From: Octopus bimaculoides
Lineage: Eukaryota
Assembly (NCBI RefSeq): GCF_001194135.2
Contig: NC_068981.1
Coordinates: 134,837,169-134,901,168 of the forward strand
Length of the DNA stretch: 64,000 nucleotides
Direction: 5' to 3'
Positions within the stretch are counted from its first letter, which is position 1, and the number at the start of each line of letters is the position of its first letter. The translations under genes were made by a program, and so were the position numbers. Of the stretch, positions 9,501 to 24,389 are shown piece by piece. The notes beneath the pieces are model-generated. The model was not told the DNA's origin and did no database searches. It worked only from the letters and a program-made list of their open reading frames with translations.

Positions 9501-12231
9501 CTCCAATATCACTTGACAACCGATGCTGGTGTGTTTATGTCCCCGTAACTTAGCGGTTCGGCAAAAGGGACCGATAGAATAAGTACTAGGCTTCTAAAGA
9601 ATAAGTCCTGGGGTCGATTTGCTCGACTAAAGGCAGTGCTCCAGCATGGCCACAGTCAAAAGACTGAAACAAGTAAAAGAGTAAAAGAGTATACATTTCT
9701 TCACTGAAATTTGTAAAAAAAAAATGGTCCCAGTGTTGTTCAGAAAGACTTAAAGATTGAGTATGAAACGGTCTCAGTCAGCAATAGCCTTACACAAATG
9801 TTACAGGAAATTGGCTTTGAAGAACTTGTTGCAGGTGATATTCAGGAGTTTTTCATTATGATGAGACACTCATCTATGAACACCTTAAAGTGTTAACAGA
9901 GCTGCAGGAACGCAATTCAGATAACAGAGAAGAGACTCCTCTATAGGTGGTTTTAACAACAAAGATCTTTTCTAAGGTTTGAGTGAAATAATTCGTGCTT
10001 TTTCAAAAACCTTCAGAAAATTATCCAAATTTTAAAAGAAGAATGAATGTTAAAAGATTTATAATAATGGCATTAACCCTTTTGATACCAACCCGGCTGA
10101 AACCACCTCTGGCTCTATAGTACAAATGTCTTGTTTTCATAAATTCTGAATGAAAATCTTCCACCTTAGTCACAATTTATGTTCCTAACACTAGCTTCAT
10201 GATAACTAGGTTATTTTACTAAATTCTTTGTTATATTTAAAATTAATTGAAAGAAACACAGAGCATCTCAAAAGAAATACAGTAACAAAAGGGTTAAACT
10301 GTTTATTAGGAAGAATTAGATGTTTGTGAAACAGCAAAGCAGTCAACATTTGATACTATTTTTTTATAAAAACAAAAAGAAACTAATGCAATCAATATTA
10401 TCATTTTTTTTTTTGGTCTTTGGGACATTTTTCTTGTGGCAAAAACTAAAGAAAGTTTATTCTTTTTTGATTGAATTAAAATAATTTTCTTCACAGGATT
10501 TGTGTGTGTGTGTTTTTTTTTTTTATTAAATTAAATGTAATTTTGTTGAAAGGATTTTTCTGAAAGTAGAAGCATTGTAGGCCTACAGAAATTAAGTGGA
10601 TATTTCTTTCAATAATTAAGAGAGCTTTGTTTTACCTTCTTTGGTGTGTTTATCTTCTTACTTTATTTCCTTACATTTTCCCCCCTCTTCTCTGTCTTAA
10701 TATCACTTCTTCTATGCTAGATAATGACTTTCACCATTATTTCTTCATTAATTTTTAGAACTTCCATGATGTAGCTTACCAAGCTGAAAGTAGGGAAGAA
10801 TTTCTACATGCCATCAATGACTTCTTGACGGAATCTATAGTGTTGCCACCTGGTGACTGGGACCATAAAACTCTACTACCCATCATGGATATGGCTAGGA
10901 AACGAGCAAACTTACGATTGAGAAAAAAACAGAAGCAGATGGAAAAAGAGGGTACGTACAACTGCTGCAGTTTGGTTAAGGAGTCACGAGCCCGGTAAGT
11001 CTTCTGGAATAATTTGGTGACAACTTGGCTGTCTTTGTCTTGTTACCACTCCAATGAATTCTTACCAAAACTCTTGTAGCTTTTTTCTCAAACTGCTTGA
11101 TTTTTTTTTTGTTTTTTTTTATTATTATTTTTTTTTTTTTACAACTTCTAGCAATATAAAAGCACTGAGATTTGCTGAAGCTTATTGCTGTTCTGCTGTG
11201 GTTTCTTAAAATTACTTTCTTGTTTATATATTTTTTTTAATTGCACTGAAGTTCATAATTTTCTTTCTCACTGTTATTTTTATAACTATAAGCCTTTTAC
11301 TTCTCCTCTACAGCCTATCATCTCAGGAATATAATTGCTACTGCCTTATTTTAAGCTAAGACACTTCTCTAAATTTTAAGAAAATTCTTAACAGAATTGA
11401 CTTTATTTATCATCCATCTGTTGGTCAATAAAATAATAGTAACAGTATTCCATTAGGTCAGTTAAATCAACTATACCCCTTTCACTACAAACATTGGTCT
11501 TGAACCTAATCAAAATCCATACTAGCAGTTCTAAACCCCAATTTTTGCTATGGACCTTTTTTGAGGTAGGAGACCAATGAGTAGGCCAAGAACACAATAG
11601 TCCAATAATATCCATAGTCTCAGTTGGCCATACTTGGGGATCCAACAGAAGAATGTAATGATGATTGCTTGTGACAGGGCCCTAGGGAGGAGGTGCCTGA
11701 GAAAATGGCTGGCTGGATGGATGGATGGTTGGACACCTTTTGAAGCAAAATCACTTCTTTGTGACCACTCCTTCATAGATGTTATTAGTTGGAAAATTTT
11801 AATATTTGCAGTGTCTATGAATTGCAACTGTATCATGTAAAAACAAAATACTTCTTAGTATCTAATGAAAATAATTATTTCTATGGAGATAAAATTGTGC
11901 ATTAGCCAACAAAATTTTGTAAAGATATAAAGCAAAAAGGACCTCTAGAAATTAACTTTTTTTTTCATTGATTTTTAATGTCCACTTTTCCACACTTGCA
12001 TGGAGTCAGGTGCAATTTGTTGAGTCTAATTTTCTATGCCATAATGTGCTTCCTGTCACCGACTCTCACCTGTTTCTAAGTAAGGTAATATATTTGAATG
12101 ACCATCATGGAAGACTGGAAATGAAGAGCCACCGCTTGCATGACAATGACACTCATTTGCAATTGCTACACAGTGTCAAAATAAGAATACGGTAACAAAC
12201 AATAATACACACATGCAAACATATCCATGTA

Positions 12232-12287
<56 letters not shown>

Positions 12288-13958
12288 GTTGTCAAGAAAG
12301 TTCTTGCGAGATTTTTAATTTTGGTTTTAAATGATGTATTTTCAAATTAATTTTCGTTAAATTACTTTGACTTTATATATCATTTTAAAGCCCGTTTTTT
12401 GCTCTATCCAATCGTGTTACTCTTTTTCTTTTTGAATAATTAGGCCATTTTTTGCGGAATGTTGAATACAACATGGACAAAAAGCAAATTCACACAATTT
12501 TCTTATTCCAGTTCAAGCTAGGCCGAAAAGCTGCTGAAACAGCTCGCAATATCAACAATGCATTTGGCCCAGGGACCACTAATGAATGTACAGCACAATG
12601 GTGGTTCAAGAAATTCCGTAGCGGTGACAAGAGTCTTGAAGTTGATAAGTGTAGTGGTCAGCCATCGGATGTTGACAACGATCAACTAAGAGCCTTAGTC
12701 AAAGCCAATCCATGCACAACTGTTTGAGAGCTTGCTTCTTAGATGTAACATATACGACAATTTCCAACCACTTAAAAGAGACTGGAAAAGCAAAAATACT
12801 TGAGAAATGGGTGCCGCACGAATTGAACAACAACCAAAATAAACGCCGTTTTGAAGTGTTGTCTTCCCTTCTTTTATGCAACAAGAACCCATTTCTCGAC
12901 TAGATTGTGACTTGCGATATAAAGTGGATTCTTTATGACAACTGGCGATGCTCAGTTCAGTGGTTGGACACCGACAAAGCTCCACGGCACTTCCTGACGC
13001 CAAAGTTGCACCAAAAGAAGGTCATGGTGACTGTTGGTAGTCTGCAGCCGATTTCATCCATCACAGCTGTTCTGTTTGGATCCAGGTGAAACCATTACAG
13101 TGGAGAAGTACTGTCAGCAAATGGATGAAATGCATAAGAAACTCCGACAACAACAGCCAGCATTGGTCAATAGAAAAGGACCAATCCTTCTACATGACAA
13201 CACTCGGCTGCATGTTGCACAACTGACTCTGCAGAAATTGAATGAATTGGGCTACGAAACTCTGCCTCATCCGCCATACTCACCAGACCTCTCGCCTACT
13301 GACTACCACTTTTTCAAGCATCTCGACAACTTCCTTCGTGAGAAATGCTTCAAAAACCAAGACGATGCCAAACACGCCTTCAGTGACTTCATTGCCACCA
13401 GAACGCAAGATTTTTATGTTACTGGCATAAATAAACTTGTTTTGCATTGGCAAACAGGTGTTGATTCTGATGGTGTTTATTTCGATTAACAAAATTTTGT
13501 TTGAGCCGAGATATGTGCATCTGAGTTTAAAGGTTAAAAACCACAAGAACTTTCTTGACAACCTAATATATATAGAGGCATAGGAGTGGCTGTGTGGATA
13601 GGCACAGGAGCGAATGTGTGGTAAGTAGCTTGCTTACCAACCGCATGGTTCCAGGTTCAGGCACTTTGTTCAAGTGTCTTCTACTATAGCCTCAAGCCGA
13701 CCAAAGCCTTGTGAGTGGATTTAGTAGATGGAAATTGAAAGAAGCCTGTCATATATCTATATATTTGTGTCCCCCACCACCACCACCATTGCTTGACAAC
13801 TGATGTTGGTGTGTTTACATCCCCGTAATTTAGCAGTTCAGGAAAAGAGACCGATAGAATAAATACTAGGCTTATAAAGAATAAATCCTGGGGTAAATTT
13901 GTTCAACTAAACATGGTGCTCCAGTATGGATACAGTCAAATGACTGACACAAATAAAA

Positions 13959-14022
<64 letters not shown>

Positions 14023-17000
14023 GATGGACTTATTTTCTGTTTCTGTCTAGCAAATCTGTTCTCAAGGGTTTGGTTGGCCAGATGCTATAGTAGAAGACTA
14101 GAAGGCTCTTGCTTAAAGTTCCATGCAGTGAAACTGAACCCAAAACCATGTGGTTGGGAAGCAAACATCTTACCACACAGTCATACCTAATGTACATTGA
14201 ATTTGCCAGAAAAATTCTTGGAAACATAAAATCTTTAGTAATGGCAAAATATTCCTATGGTTGGCACTTTATTCAGTGTGAGGCATGTAAGTGATGCAAA
14301 CTTGGAAGTTTTTCAACATCACATTGCTGTTCTTGTCAAACAAGGACCACTTCACCTGACAATATCAAGAAGGTTGTGAGCATTTAATAGTAAGTAATAA
14401 TACAACACTCAGTTCTATTAATTTCAAGGCTAATGAAAAAACTACTGAATTAGAGATACATGAAAGGGTTAAATGTGCAAAAACCTACATTTAAGGACTA
14501 AAAACAAAATATCATTGATAATTTATCTTGTAAGTTAACAAATCTAACCAAAAGTGAGTTGACAATATTGAGTAAAATTATCTTAGACACTATTATTTTT
14601 AGAATTAAACAAATGATTGATTTACCGTTATGGAATAACAGCATTTGCATTATCAATTGGTTCAATAATATTAGTAACAAGCTTCTCTGTAAATTTTTCC
14701 AGTTTGAGTCTATAAATAACTATTTGCTCCAAAAAGCATGATTTTATATTGAGAATTATATTTCAGTTAGTGATTTTCATATTGAATTAATCATGCATGC
14801 AAAATCATTGCTTGCTTTCCAAAATGATCTATGGGTGAAAATTAAAATTATGTTAATTCTTTTGATGTAGTCATAGGCAGCCTAGACTCAACAGAAATTT
14901 GTTAGCTTATGGTGTTTATGTCATATTTATTACATATCAAATTTAATCATTTTCAATGTGATATACATCAAGATGATGGGATCACTATTACATGGAATAG
15001 AAATGTTAACCTTTAACACACTGCATTTTCTCTAGAATTGTTTCCCCTGCCACTGTCCTGCAACTTCAGGGGAGAAAACTCTATGATGACATAATGCACC
15101 TACTGTGTGATGAAGGTTATAGACATTCAGAAAAGATCCAGTTAAACAATTTAAAGACTTACACCTAAAAATTACTAACACAAATTTACAAATAGTTAAT
15201 ATTTTTATAAATTACCTTAGGAATATTTAGGAAACCAAATAGAAATTGGCATTGCAATAAATATAATTTCAAACCATTCACTTGCCCTTATTAATAATTT
15301 GGTAATAATGTTAGAATGGTGTTTGGTGCCCCTGCATGGCTGGTAGTTCAATAACTGAAACCAATAAAATAGTATTTCATATGGATTGTTGTTTTTCAAC
15401 AAAACAACCCTTTATTATTATGAAATATTGAAACAATAGTTTCACAGATAAAATTTATTTTATAACTAATATGAATATTAATACTAAGACACTAAGAACA
15501 ATATTGTTTAACTTGATACCCCAATCAGTCTTAATATAAAAGTACTTTCCAAAAAAGCTCATAGATATTATATGATTTTTAAATGGAAATAATGTCAAAT
15601 TAAGTTATAGGTGCACAAGTAATTTTGCTACAGAAATAGCAAATATTTCGAATAGCTTTATACATCCAGTTATTCCCGTCACATAGTTGTTTCAAATTCT
15701 CATTAGATAATGTATTCCTTTTGAACACAATAGTTTATAGAGTGAAAGTATACATAACACAAATTATTCAGCTTTTAAGGATTATATTGGGTTGACTGAA
15801 AATCATTTTAAACATACTTTCAGAAACCCAGTAACATCTTTGGACACACGTTTGTCAAACTACATCTAGTCTTCAAAAAATAACTGTGTCAAAAGTTGCA
15901 AAATTATTTGGAAGATATTAGAACATGCCAGACCTAATAATCAGAGTAACTGTAACTGTAATCTTTACATTTTCAGAGAAATCAAATATATTGCTTCATA
16001 GGAATTCTTTATAAAACATGCCACTTCAGAGATAATGTCTTTTTGTCAACATGGAACGAAATATCTATGGAAATATTCTAAAATTCCCAATGGTGCAATT
16101 TTTAATAATGTTTATACCATATTTATACATGCTCCAAACAAATCAAACCTCTTTCCTTGATATGCATCCAACAGTCAACATTGTTGACAAATTTTAATTT
16201 TTTGGTTGAAATATTTCAAAATGGCTAGCAATAATATGACTATCGAACTATGCTATTACACATTCCAACCAAATCAAGACATTTTCTGTCATTAACATTT
16301 ATAATCAATAGCTTTATTACAAAATTACTTGAGAACTGGCAAAACATGAAACTTAATTTATGAAGTTTCTGCTTAAAACATCCCCCCCCCCACACACACA
16401 CACACACATGAAACATTTAACCCTTTAGTGTTCAGATTACTCTGTTAAATGTAATACTTTTTCACTCAAATTGTTTTGAATTAATCATGCATTATGTTAT
16501 AGCTTTGAGGTTTCAATGATGTGATTGCTTATTTTTAGAAGGACATTGTAGGTTAGGTGTGAGAGGCTAGATATGGCCAGTTTAAACACTAAAGGGTTAA
16601 TGAAGGCTGAACATTGTCTTATTCCAGTAATATGTAATACCCTGTTTAATGCTACATTATGTAATGCTGATTAGCTAAAGCATGCTTAATTCAATACGAC
16701 AATAATACGTTATGATAATAAGTAGCAAAACTTGTGAAAATTTCACATTATATAAATTTTCTTACTCTTAGTAGGATGCATAAATTTATGTATCTCCATA
16801 GCATTCTTTCATTTGGAAGAATCATTACCACGTCTTTCTGCCAGCTTTACATTCAAATGTCACTGAGGTTGACTTTGCCTTTTGTCCTTTCAGGGTCTAT
16901 AAAACAAATACCAGTTGAGCACTTGAGTTGCTATGATTATCTAGCTCTTTCTCTTCAAAATTTCAGGCCTTGTGCCTCTAGTAGAAAGAATTATGTTAAT

Positions 17001-18285
17001 TATTTTTATGATACTGAGCTGGATAACAGATTACGGTTAAGGGGATAAAAAAAATCAACTTGTTCATTCAGATGTTGCACTCTAGGAACACAAAATCATT
17101 TCTGAAACCTTCTTTGAATATTTCTCATAATATTACACAACAGTTATACATTCATGTTTTCTTATCATATTTGGTTCCTCTCTCAATATTCTCCCCACTG
17201 TTCATTGTTCATATTATTTTATCACCCTTCTTTATATACAATCATCTCACTGTTTCCCATCCATGTTCTTTCTGGGTTTCTCTTGGCATTCTCTTTGACA
17301 CCTTAACCCATATATATCTCTTTAACATCTTAACCCTGGTCGTGTTTTCGTAATGCAAAACCTGCTCCTACTTGTTTGGACATGAACTCGCTGGGAAGCA
17401 ACTGACTAAGCATACAAAATGTTCAGTAGGTAGTCGACACCTGTAGCTAACAGTTGCATACTATTCTCTTCCAGATTGTGAAAGCTTACCATAACTTTTT
17501 ATCTAAATACAGTGAAATTTTAAGACCTCATTTTTTTATGGGCATATTTGTGTTAAAGGTATCTTGCACAATGGTATTCATTCATGCAAACTCTTCTTAT
17601 TTGTTGGTTTTGTCTTAAACTTTCTCTTGTTTCATATCTTTGTTCTCTTTTCCTTTAGCTGTATCATCTCATTAAAACAACACTGTAGGCCCAAGATACA
17701 GTATATATATGTTTATGGTTGAGCTGACCATCCTGAAAAGGTATCCTCTAGGACAAGCATCAAGCAGATATTATTAACTTGAGCATGATCCATGTGTATA
17801 TGAATCCAAGGATCTAACTCTTTGGGTTACAAATGAAGCCTGTTTTTTCGAAAGTTTTTCATCTCTGCACATTTAGCACATTTATGGATGTAGTCCTTGA
17901 CATCAATGAATAACCAAGGCTATCATGCTTCAAGCTTAAGGCAGTTGCATGTAGCAGCCACATGAAAAGCATGCACCAATATTAACATACCAATGACATC
18001 TTTACAACATATATTCATAGTAACAGTTTCTTACCTTGATATTATACTAATACCTTTACAAGGAGTTTATATTATTTCCTGATGTTAACATTATGTTTAC
18101 TATCTCATTAATACTTTCTCTACCCAACACTCTCTTCTGAGACCCTGAAATCAGTTTAAAACATTTTCAACTTTACTCTAGATATGCCAGTCACCTTATG
18201 AGTGTTGCTTATCACAAGTCAGGATGCACCTCTGAAATGAGAATTTAAAACAACCTCACATATATGCAGCAAACACTCTACCTAC

Positions 18286-18323
<38 letters not shown>

Positions 18324-20866
18324 CTCTCTCTCTCTCTCTCTNNNNNNNNNNNNNNNNNNNNNNNNNNNNNNNNNNNNNNNNNNNNNNNNNNNNNNNNNNN
18401 NNNNNNNNNNNNNNNNNNNNNNNNNNNNNNNNNNNNNNNNNNNNNNNNNNNNNNNNNNNNNNNNNNNNNNNNNNNNNNNNNNNNNNNNNNNNNNNNNNNN
18501 NNNNNNNNNNNNNNNNNNNNNNNNNNNNNNNNNNNNNNNNNNNNNNNNNNNNNNNNNNNNNNNNNNNNNNNNNNNNNNNNNNNNNNNNNNNNNNNNNNNN
18601 NNNNNNNNNNNNNNNNNNNNNNNNNNNNNNNNNNNNNNNNNNNNNNNNNNNNNNNNNNNNNNNNNNNNNNNNNNNNNNNNNNNNNNNNNNNNNNNNNNNN
18701 NNNNNNNNNNNNNNNNNNNNNNNNNNNNNNNNNNNNNNNNNNNNNNNNNNNNNNNNNNNNNNNNNNNNNNNNNNNNNNNNNNNNNNNNNNNNNNNNNNNN
18801 NNNNNNNNNNNNNNNNNNNNNNNNNNNNNNNNNNNNNNNNNNNNNNNNNNNNNNNNNNNNNNNNNNNNNNNNNNNNNNNNNNNNNNNNNNNNNNNNNNNN
18901 NNNNNNNNNNNNNNNNNNNNNNNNNNNNNNNNNNNNNNNNNNNNNNNNNNNNNNNNNNNNNNNNNNNNNNNNNNNNNNNNNNNNNNTATATATATATATA
19001 TATATATATATGAATCATAGTAAATTATAAATATTTGATTGAAAGAAAGCATGAGTGAGTGAGTGAGAGAAAAAAGAAATGCAATTGTTTAAGTAACAGA
19101 ATTAGAGCTAAAGATTTTGGGCCAAAATTTCAGTAGAAAGTTATGTTTATATATATTCATGGCATTATGCATGCCATCCAAAAGTCATATAGGGCTGCAA
19201 GTTGCCCATTTCTAATTATTTCTACCATGTTTTCACATAACTACACAATTTTTATGAATGTTCTTGCATAATAAGCATGAATTTCTGTTTTCTAATTTAT
19301 TTGACTTTCTTTATACAAGTTTACTTTCTTTCTCAAATTCAATTCACAGCATAGTGCACTTACTCTTGATTTCGATTGTCCATCTTTCAGCTGTAAAATC
19401 ATTGCTGTTTTCTCTTTTTAAAAAATTGGATTAATACACTAATAAATCTAACTAGTAGTAATTGTGGAAATTCCACAGTTGCTTTGAAAACTATAAGATT
19501 GTTGAATGTTTATAGACACCCATGAAACATGGATTTTTGAGATGATGGATTTTTTGAGCATTGGATTTTTGAGATGATGTAAATCCTCATGTAGTACTGA
19601 AGGTCCTGACCGTGGAAAGAGCATCTTTGAAAACTATACTCTTTGTTATACATTTCTCATCTGTTCTGTTTAGAGAGTTATCTTATCTTTAATTCAGGAA
19701 GTGAATGTTCTCTTGAAAGAGCAACACACAGCTGTCCATGAGGAAATACTGGTTCATTTCTTTTCACCTTTCCTTTGTGATATTGGTATTGAAAATATTG
19801 AAAATGTGTTGAAAGAATAATATATATAGCAAATACTTTAAGAAATCTTAACCATAGAATGAATCAAAGGTTTAATCTATGTATAGTATTATTCTGTAAT
19901 GGTCCAACTACATTGATGGTTTCACTAAGGTGGTGAGCTGGCAGAAACATTAACATGCTGGGTGAAATGCTTAGTGGTATTTTGTCTGTCTTTACGTTCT
20001 GAGTTCAAATTTCACCGAGGTCAACTTTGCCTTTCATCCTTTCAGGGTTGTTAAATTAAGTACCAGTTGCATACTGGGGTTGATCTAATTGACTGGCCCT
20101 CCTCTCCAAAAATTTCAGGTCTTGTGCCTAAAATAGAAAAGACTATTTTCATATCAAATACAATTGAATATGGAGGAGCTTTGACCTACAGTACCAGTTA
20201 ATAAAGTATACTAGCTGCTCCACTAAACACTGGATTCTTTAAAAAGAATGAAGATATGAAGGGTGCAATTATGATGGCAGTCAAATGTTATGCTTGCTCA
20301 AAGTGAACACTAAAGTGAAGAGGAGAAATGTGATATATTTTATTTTTCTGTTAGCTGTGGACTGAGTCAGGGAAAGATACAAAATTTGTTGAAAAAAGCC
20401 ACATTTAGCAGAACTTAAATAGACAATTCTTTGCTGATGATCTTGCTGAGGGACTCACTGGAACAAATTTAGAGAAATACAAGCTTGCCAGGAACCATTA
20501 GAAATTACCTTATTTGATGGCGCAGATAAACGGTTTGGTGGGGGGGGGGGGGGGGGGGGTTCAAAAAAATGTGTCAGAAAATCACCCTGATTCCTTTATG
20601 TGAAATTAGGCCTCCCATAATCTAATTTCATCCCTGACACTTGCTACTATTGGCTAATTTTAATCCATAACTTAATTTCTTAATTATGATATTTATTATT
20701 ATTATTATTGTTGTTTTACTTCTCAGAGCGCTCAGTCTTGTTTGCTCTGGTTGATTCTATGAGAGCAGACAGCAGCCTGTTGTCAGACGTCTCACAGGGT
20801 CTCTTTTCACAAATTATAAGCTTTGGTATTTGGATGTTAATTATCATGGAAGACATTCAACGTTGA

Positions 20867-20926
<60 letters not shown>

Positions 20927-23900
20927 TATTATTATTATTATTATTTCATATACACACAATGAATTAGACTGTTGGAAAAGAAAATTCCTAACATTGGGTT
21001 ACAACAAGCACCCTTAGATGCCAAGAACCTTCCTAAGTATCTTAGTTATCCCTAGTAGTGCTGTTTTCTGGAGCTGCACTAAAAACATTTTTCATGAATA
21101 TGTGCTGCTGACCCTGGGGTGCATCTAATATGCCCATATGTTTTTTATACTATTAAATGTAGTTATGGGTTGATGAAGAAGTGAGATGTCAAGGAAGTGC
21201 ATTTCTCTTGAGATTGGTGTGGATAGAGTCAAAGTGGCTAGCAGTGACATCAAAAGCAGGCTACAAAAATAAAAGTGCTTTTAAGTGACTATAGAGGAAG
21301 TAATCAGCAAGGGTAATTAATAAGAAAATGAAACTGTATTTATTTGAGAAGGGTGAATGAAAATGTATTTATTAAGAAGGGTGAATCCTCAGAGATCAAA
21401 AGAACAAGAAGTGGGTGAAAATAAAATGTCAAAAACAGCAGTGAACAAGGCTTGAAGAGATGGGAAGAGGCCTGAAATTTAGATCATCGTAAATTATCTG
21501 TTATATTGCTATAACTCTCCTCTGTGTAAGTTAAACCTGTCATTAAGTAATATCAATTAGTGTTTACAGTACCAATTGCCATAACAGGGTGCAAACCTTC
21601 AAAAGTTACTTCAATAAGTATTAATCTGGGTTGGTAGGTTGGCAGAACTGCTAAAGGAGCCAGGTAAGATGTTTTGTGATATCTATTCCCGCTCTTTATG
21701 TTCTGACAGCAATGCTTGCAGTGACACTGGTACTCAGATGTATTAGTCTGAACCCAAACCAAGGGCCTTTTCCTACGATAAATATCAGCTGTATGATAAG
21801 GGGACACTTGTATACATGTACAAGTGCTGGTCTTCTTCAAAATGTCTTACATAAAACTGCACATATATGTGCAAATGTACAGTCAACTTTCACTGAGAGA
21901 GGTCACTAATATAATACACTAAATACCAGAAATATATAGAGGTCAGCAATTTCAAAAGACTCCTCCAGTTTAATTATAAATTTACTTTGTACTTAAGGCC
22001 AAAAAATTAGGCCCACCTTTTCTCTTTTAAATTAGTTTTAAGAATCACTTAAATACATCCTTTTGGTGTACTCACTATATCATAACACTTCTAGACTCCA
22101 ATTTTCTCACAATATATGCTATGTGAGAATTCATTGCAAGGGTACCAAATTATAGTATTGTTACAGTTGTGATAGAATGTATGTATAGTGTCAATATATT
22201 CTGTAACAGATGAGTTACAAGCATATCAAACTGCAAGTTCTTAAACCAAATAGTCGTACAAAGTGAACGCCTAATATTATTGGTATGAGACATTTCGACG
22301 CAGCCATTTTGGCAACACCTATTTGGTAGTGTTGTTTCGACAATTGACTTATTTGACCTCAGACATTTCAATGTTTCTCTTGTCCTCTCTCTCTCTCTCT
22401 CTCTACCTATCTACCTACCTACCTACCTATCTATCAAACGAGTACCAGAACATACTATCATACTGGTTGAATATCCAGTCAGCCATGTCAAATCATCAGC
22501 ATCCACGTAGTTGTACCCGTTCGTCTTATTCCCTGATATTGTTGCTGTAATCACACCATTTCATATTTTCAATTTATTAATTACTATAGTTTCTGTATTA
22601 TTATGAAAGGGTCCTCTATAGTGTTTTTTCCTTAAATTAAAAAAACAAATTATTTCGGCACATATTCCAGTTTCTCCAGTACATTCTGATATAAGTGTTA
22701 TGTAAATAAAACTTTGAAGTAAACCTTAGTGAAACTAGAGTAGAATATATGTAATAATTACCAAATATTTAGCAACTCTTTCTCACTCTACTCTGACTTG
22801 CATCACAGCTGAGATATTTTCATTTGTAAAATGGCTTTTTTTTTTCCTTCAAAAATGGAAAATAACATGTCACTACAAAAAGGCAGTCACATAAATTAGT
22901 CATACAGCAATGAAGGCATTCAAAGAACTAGGCATGAATCATATATTCTACTCTACAAATAGCTGTTGGCATTAGAGACAATCATCATTATTTAATACCC
23001 ACTTTTCCAAGCTTGCATGGATCAGATGGAATTTGTTGAGGTTGATTTTCTATGGTCAGATGCCCTTCCTGTTGCCAACGCTCACCTGTCTCCAAGCAAG
23101 GTAATATTTCCCCATAGCCTGACATGTTTTCGAGGAAGATTGGAAATAAGCAACATTGTTTTTACAGCCATAGTGTCAAGACAAAGGTACACTCAAACAT
23201 GCCCCCCCCCACACACACACACACAATGAGCTTATTTCAGTTTCCATCTACCAAATCCACTCCCAAGGTTTAGGTCAGCTTGGGGTTGTAATAGAAGACA
23301 CGTGACCAAAGTGCCATGCAGAGGGACTGAACCCGCAACCACTTGATTTGAGAGCAAGCTTCTTAACCACAGTGCCATGCCTACACTTCACAGCCAAGCT
23401 TAATAACAGACAAAATCTGGTATATAGATATAAACTATGAAACAAATCTATTAAAACTACTATAATACAAATTCAATTAGTCAATAGATCAGCAATTAAT
23501 CAACCTTGTTATATATTTCTTAAATTACTTCAAATACTTAACAAAAACTCAGTATGTTTTTATCTACTTGGTGTCTGACTACGGAATGCTTTCTATTTCA
23601 GCGCTATTAGAAACCAAGGGAAAAGTTATATTGGATCCACTTTTGAGGACTGGTCGTCCATTCGGAGGGCTCATAAATGACATAAAGCGCCGTTATCCAT
23701 ATTACCGAAGTGATATAACAGATTCATTGAATTTACAATGTCTAGCCGCCTTTGTTTTTATATTCTTTGCATGTTTGTCACCATGTATTGCCTTTGGGGG
23801 GTTGTTAGGTAAGTCTCACTTCTTTATATCTTTTTATGTCCTTGCATTTGTCAACATATTATGTCATAAACAATAATTAGTTTTTGGACAAACAATTCAC

Positions 23901-24072
23901 TATTGTTAAATATTTCTGGTTCTTTGGTATACTCTATTTTTTTCTGATATAGAACTTTTATTACAAAAACTGACACCATTATTTTTATTATTATTATGCT
24001 TGGCTACATGTGTGCTCATATATTTATAAGTCTAAATAATAATAATAATAATAATAATTATTATTATTATTA

Positions 24073-24134
<62 letters not shown>

Positions 24135-24342
24135 CACTATTATTATTATTATTATTATTATTAAAACAGCAACTTTGACTTTCATCATTAGTATGCTGGA
24201 CAAAATGCCTAGTGGCATTTCTTCCAACTTTACATTCTGAGTTCATATTCCACTGAGTCAATTTAATTAACTAAACTCCACCACCACCACCACCACACAC
24301 ACACCCTCTAAAATTTCAGCCCATGTGCCTATAGTAGAAAGA

Positions 24343-24389
<47 letters not shown>

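Noticed and set aside
18264-19052. Long ORFs spanning N gaps (also 527-1147 and 32121-32985)
   Set aside because: Artefacts of N runs and dinucleotide repeats.
20540-20559. G20 run as a functional G-quadruplex
   Set aside because: Simple homopolymer of uncertain assembled length with no supporting context.
23996-24261. Poly-Leu/Ile/Asn ORFs (also 52429-52662, 53831-54231, 55012-55296)
   Set aside because: Translations of microsatellites.
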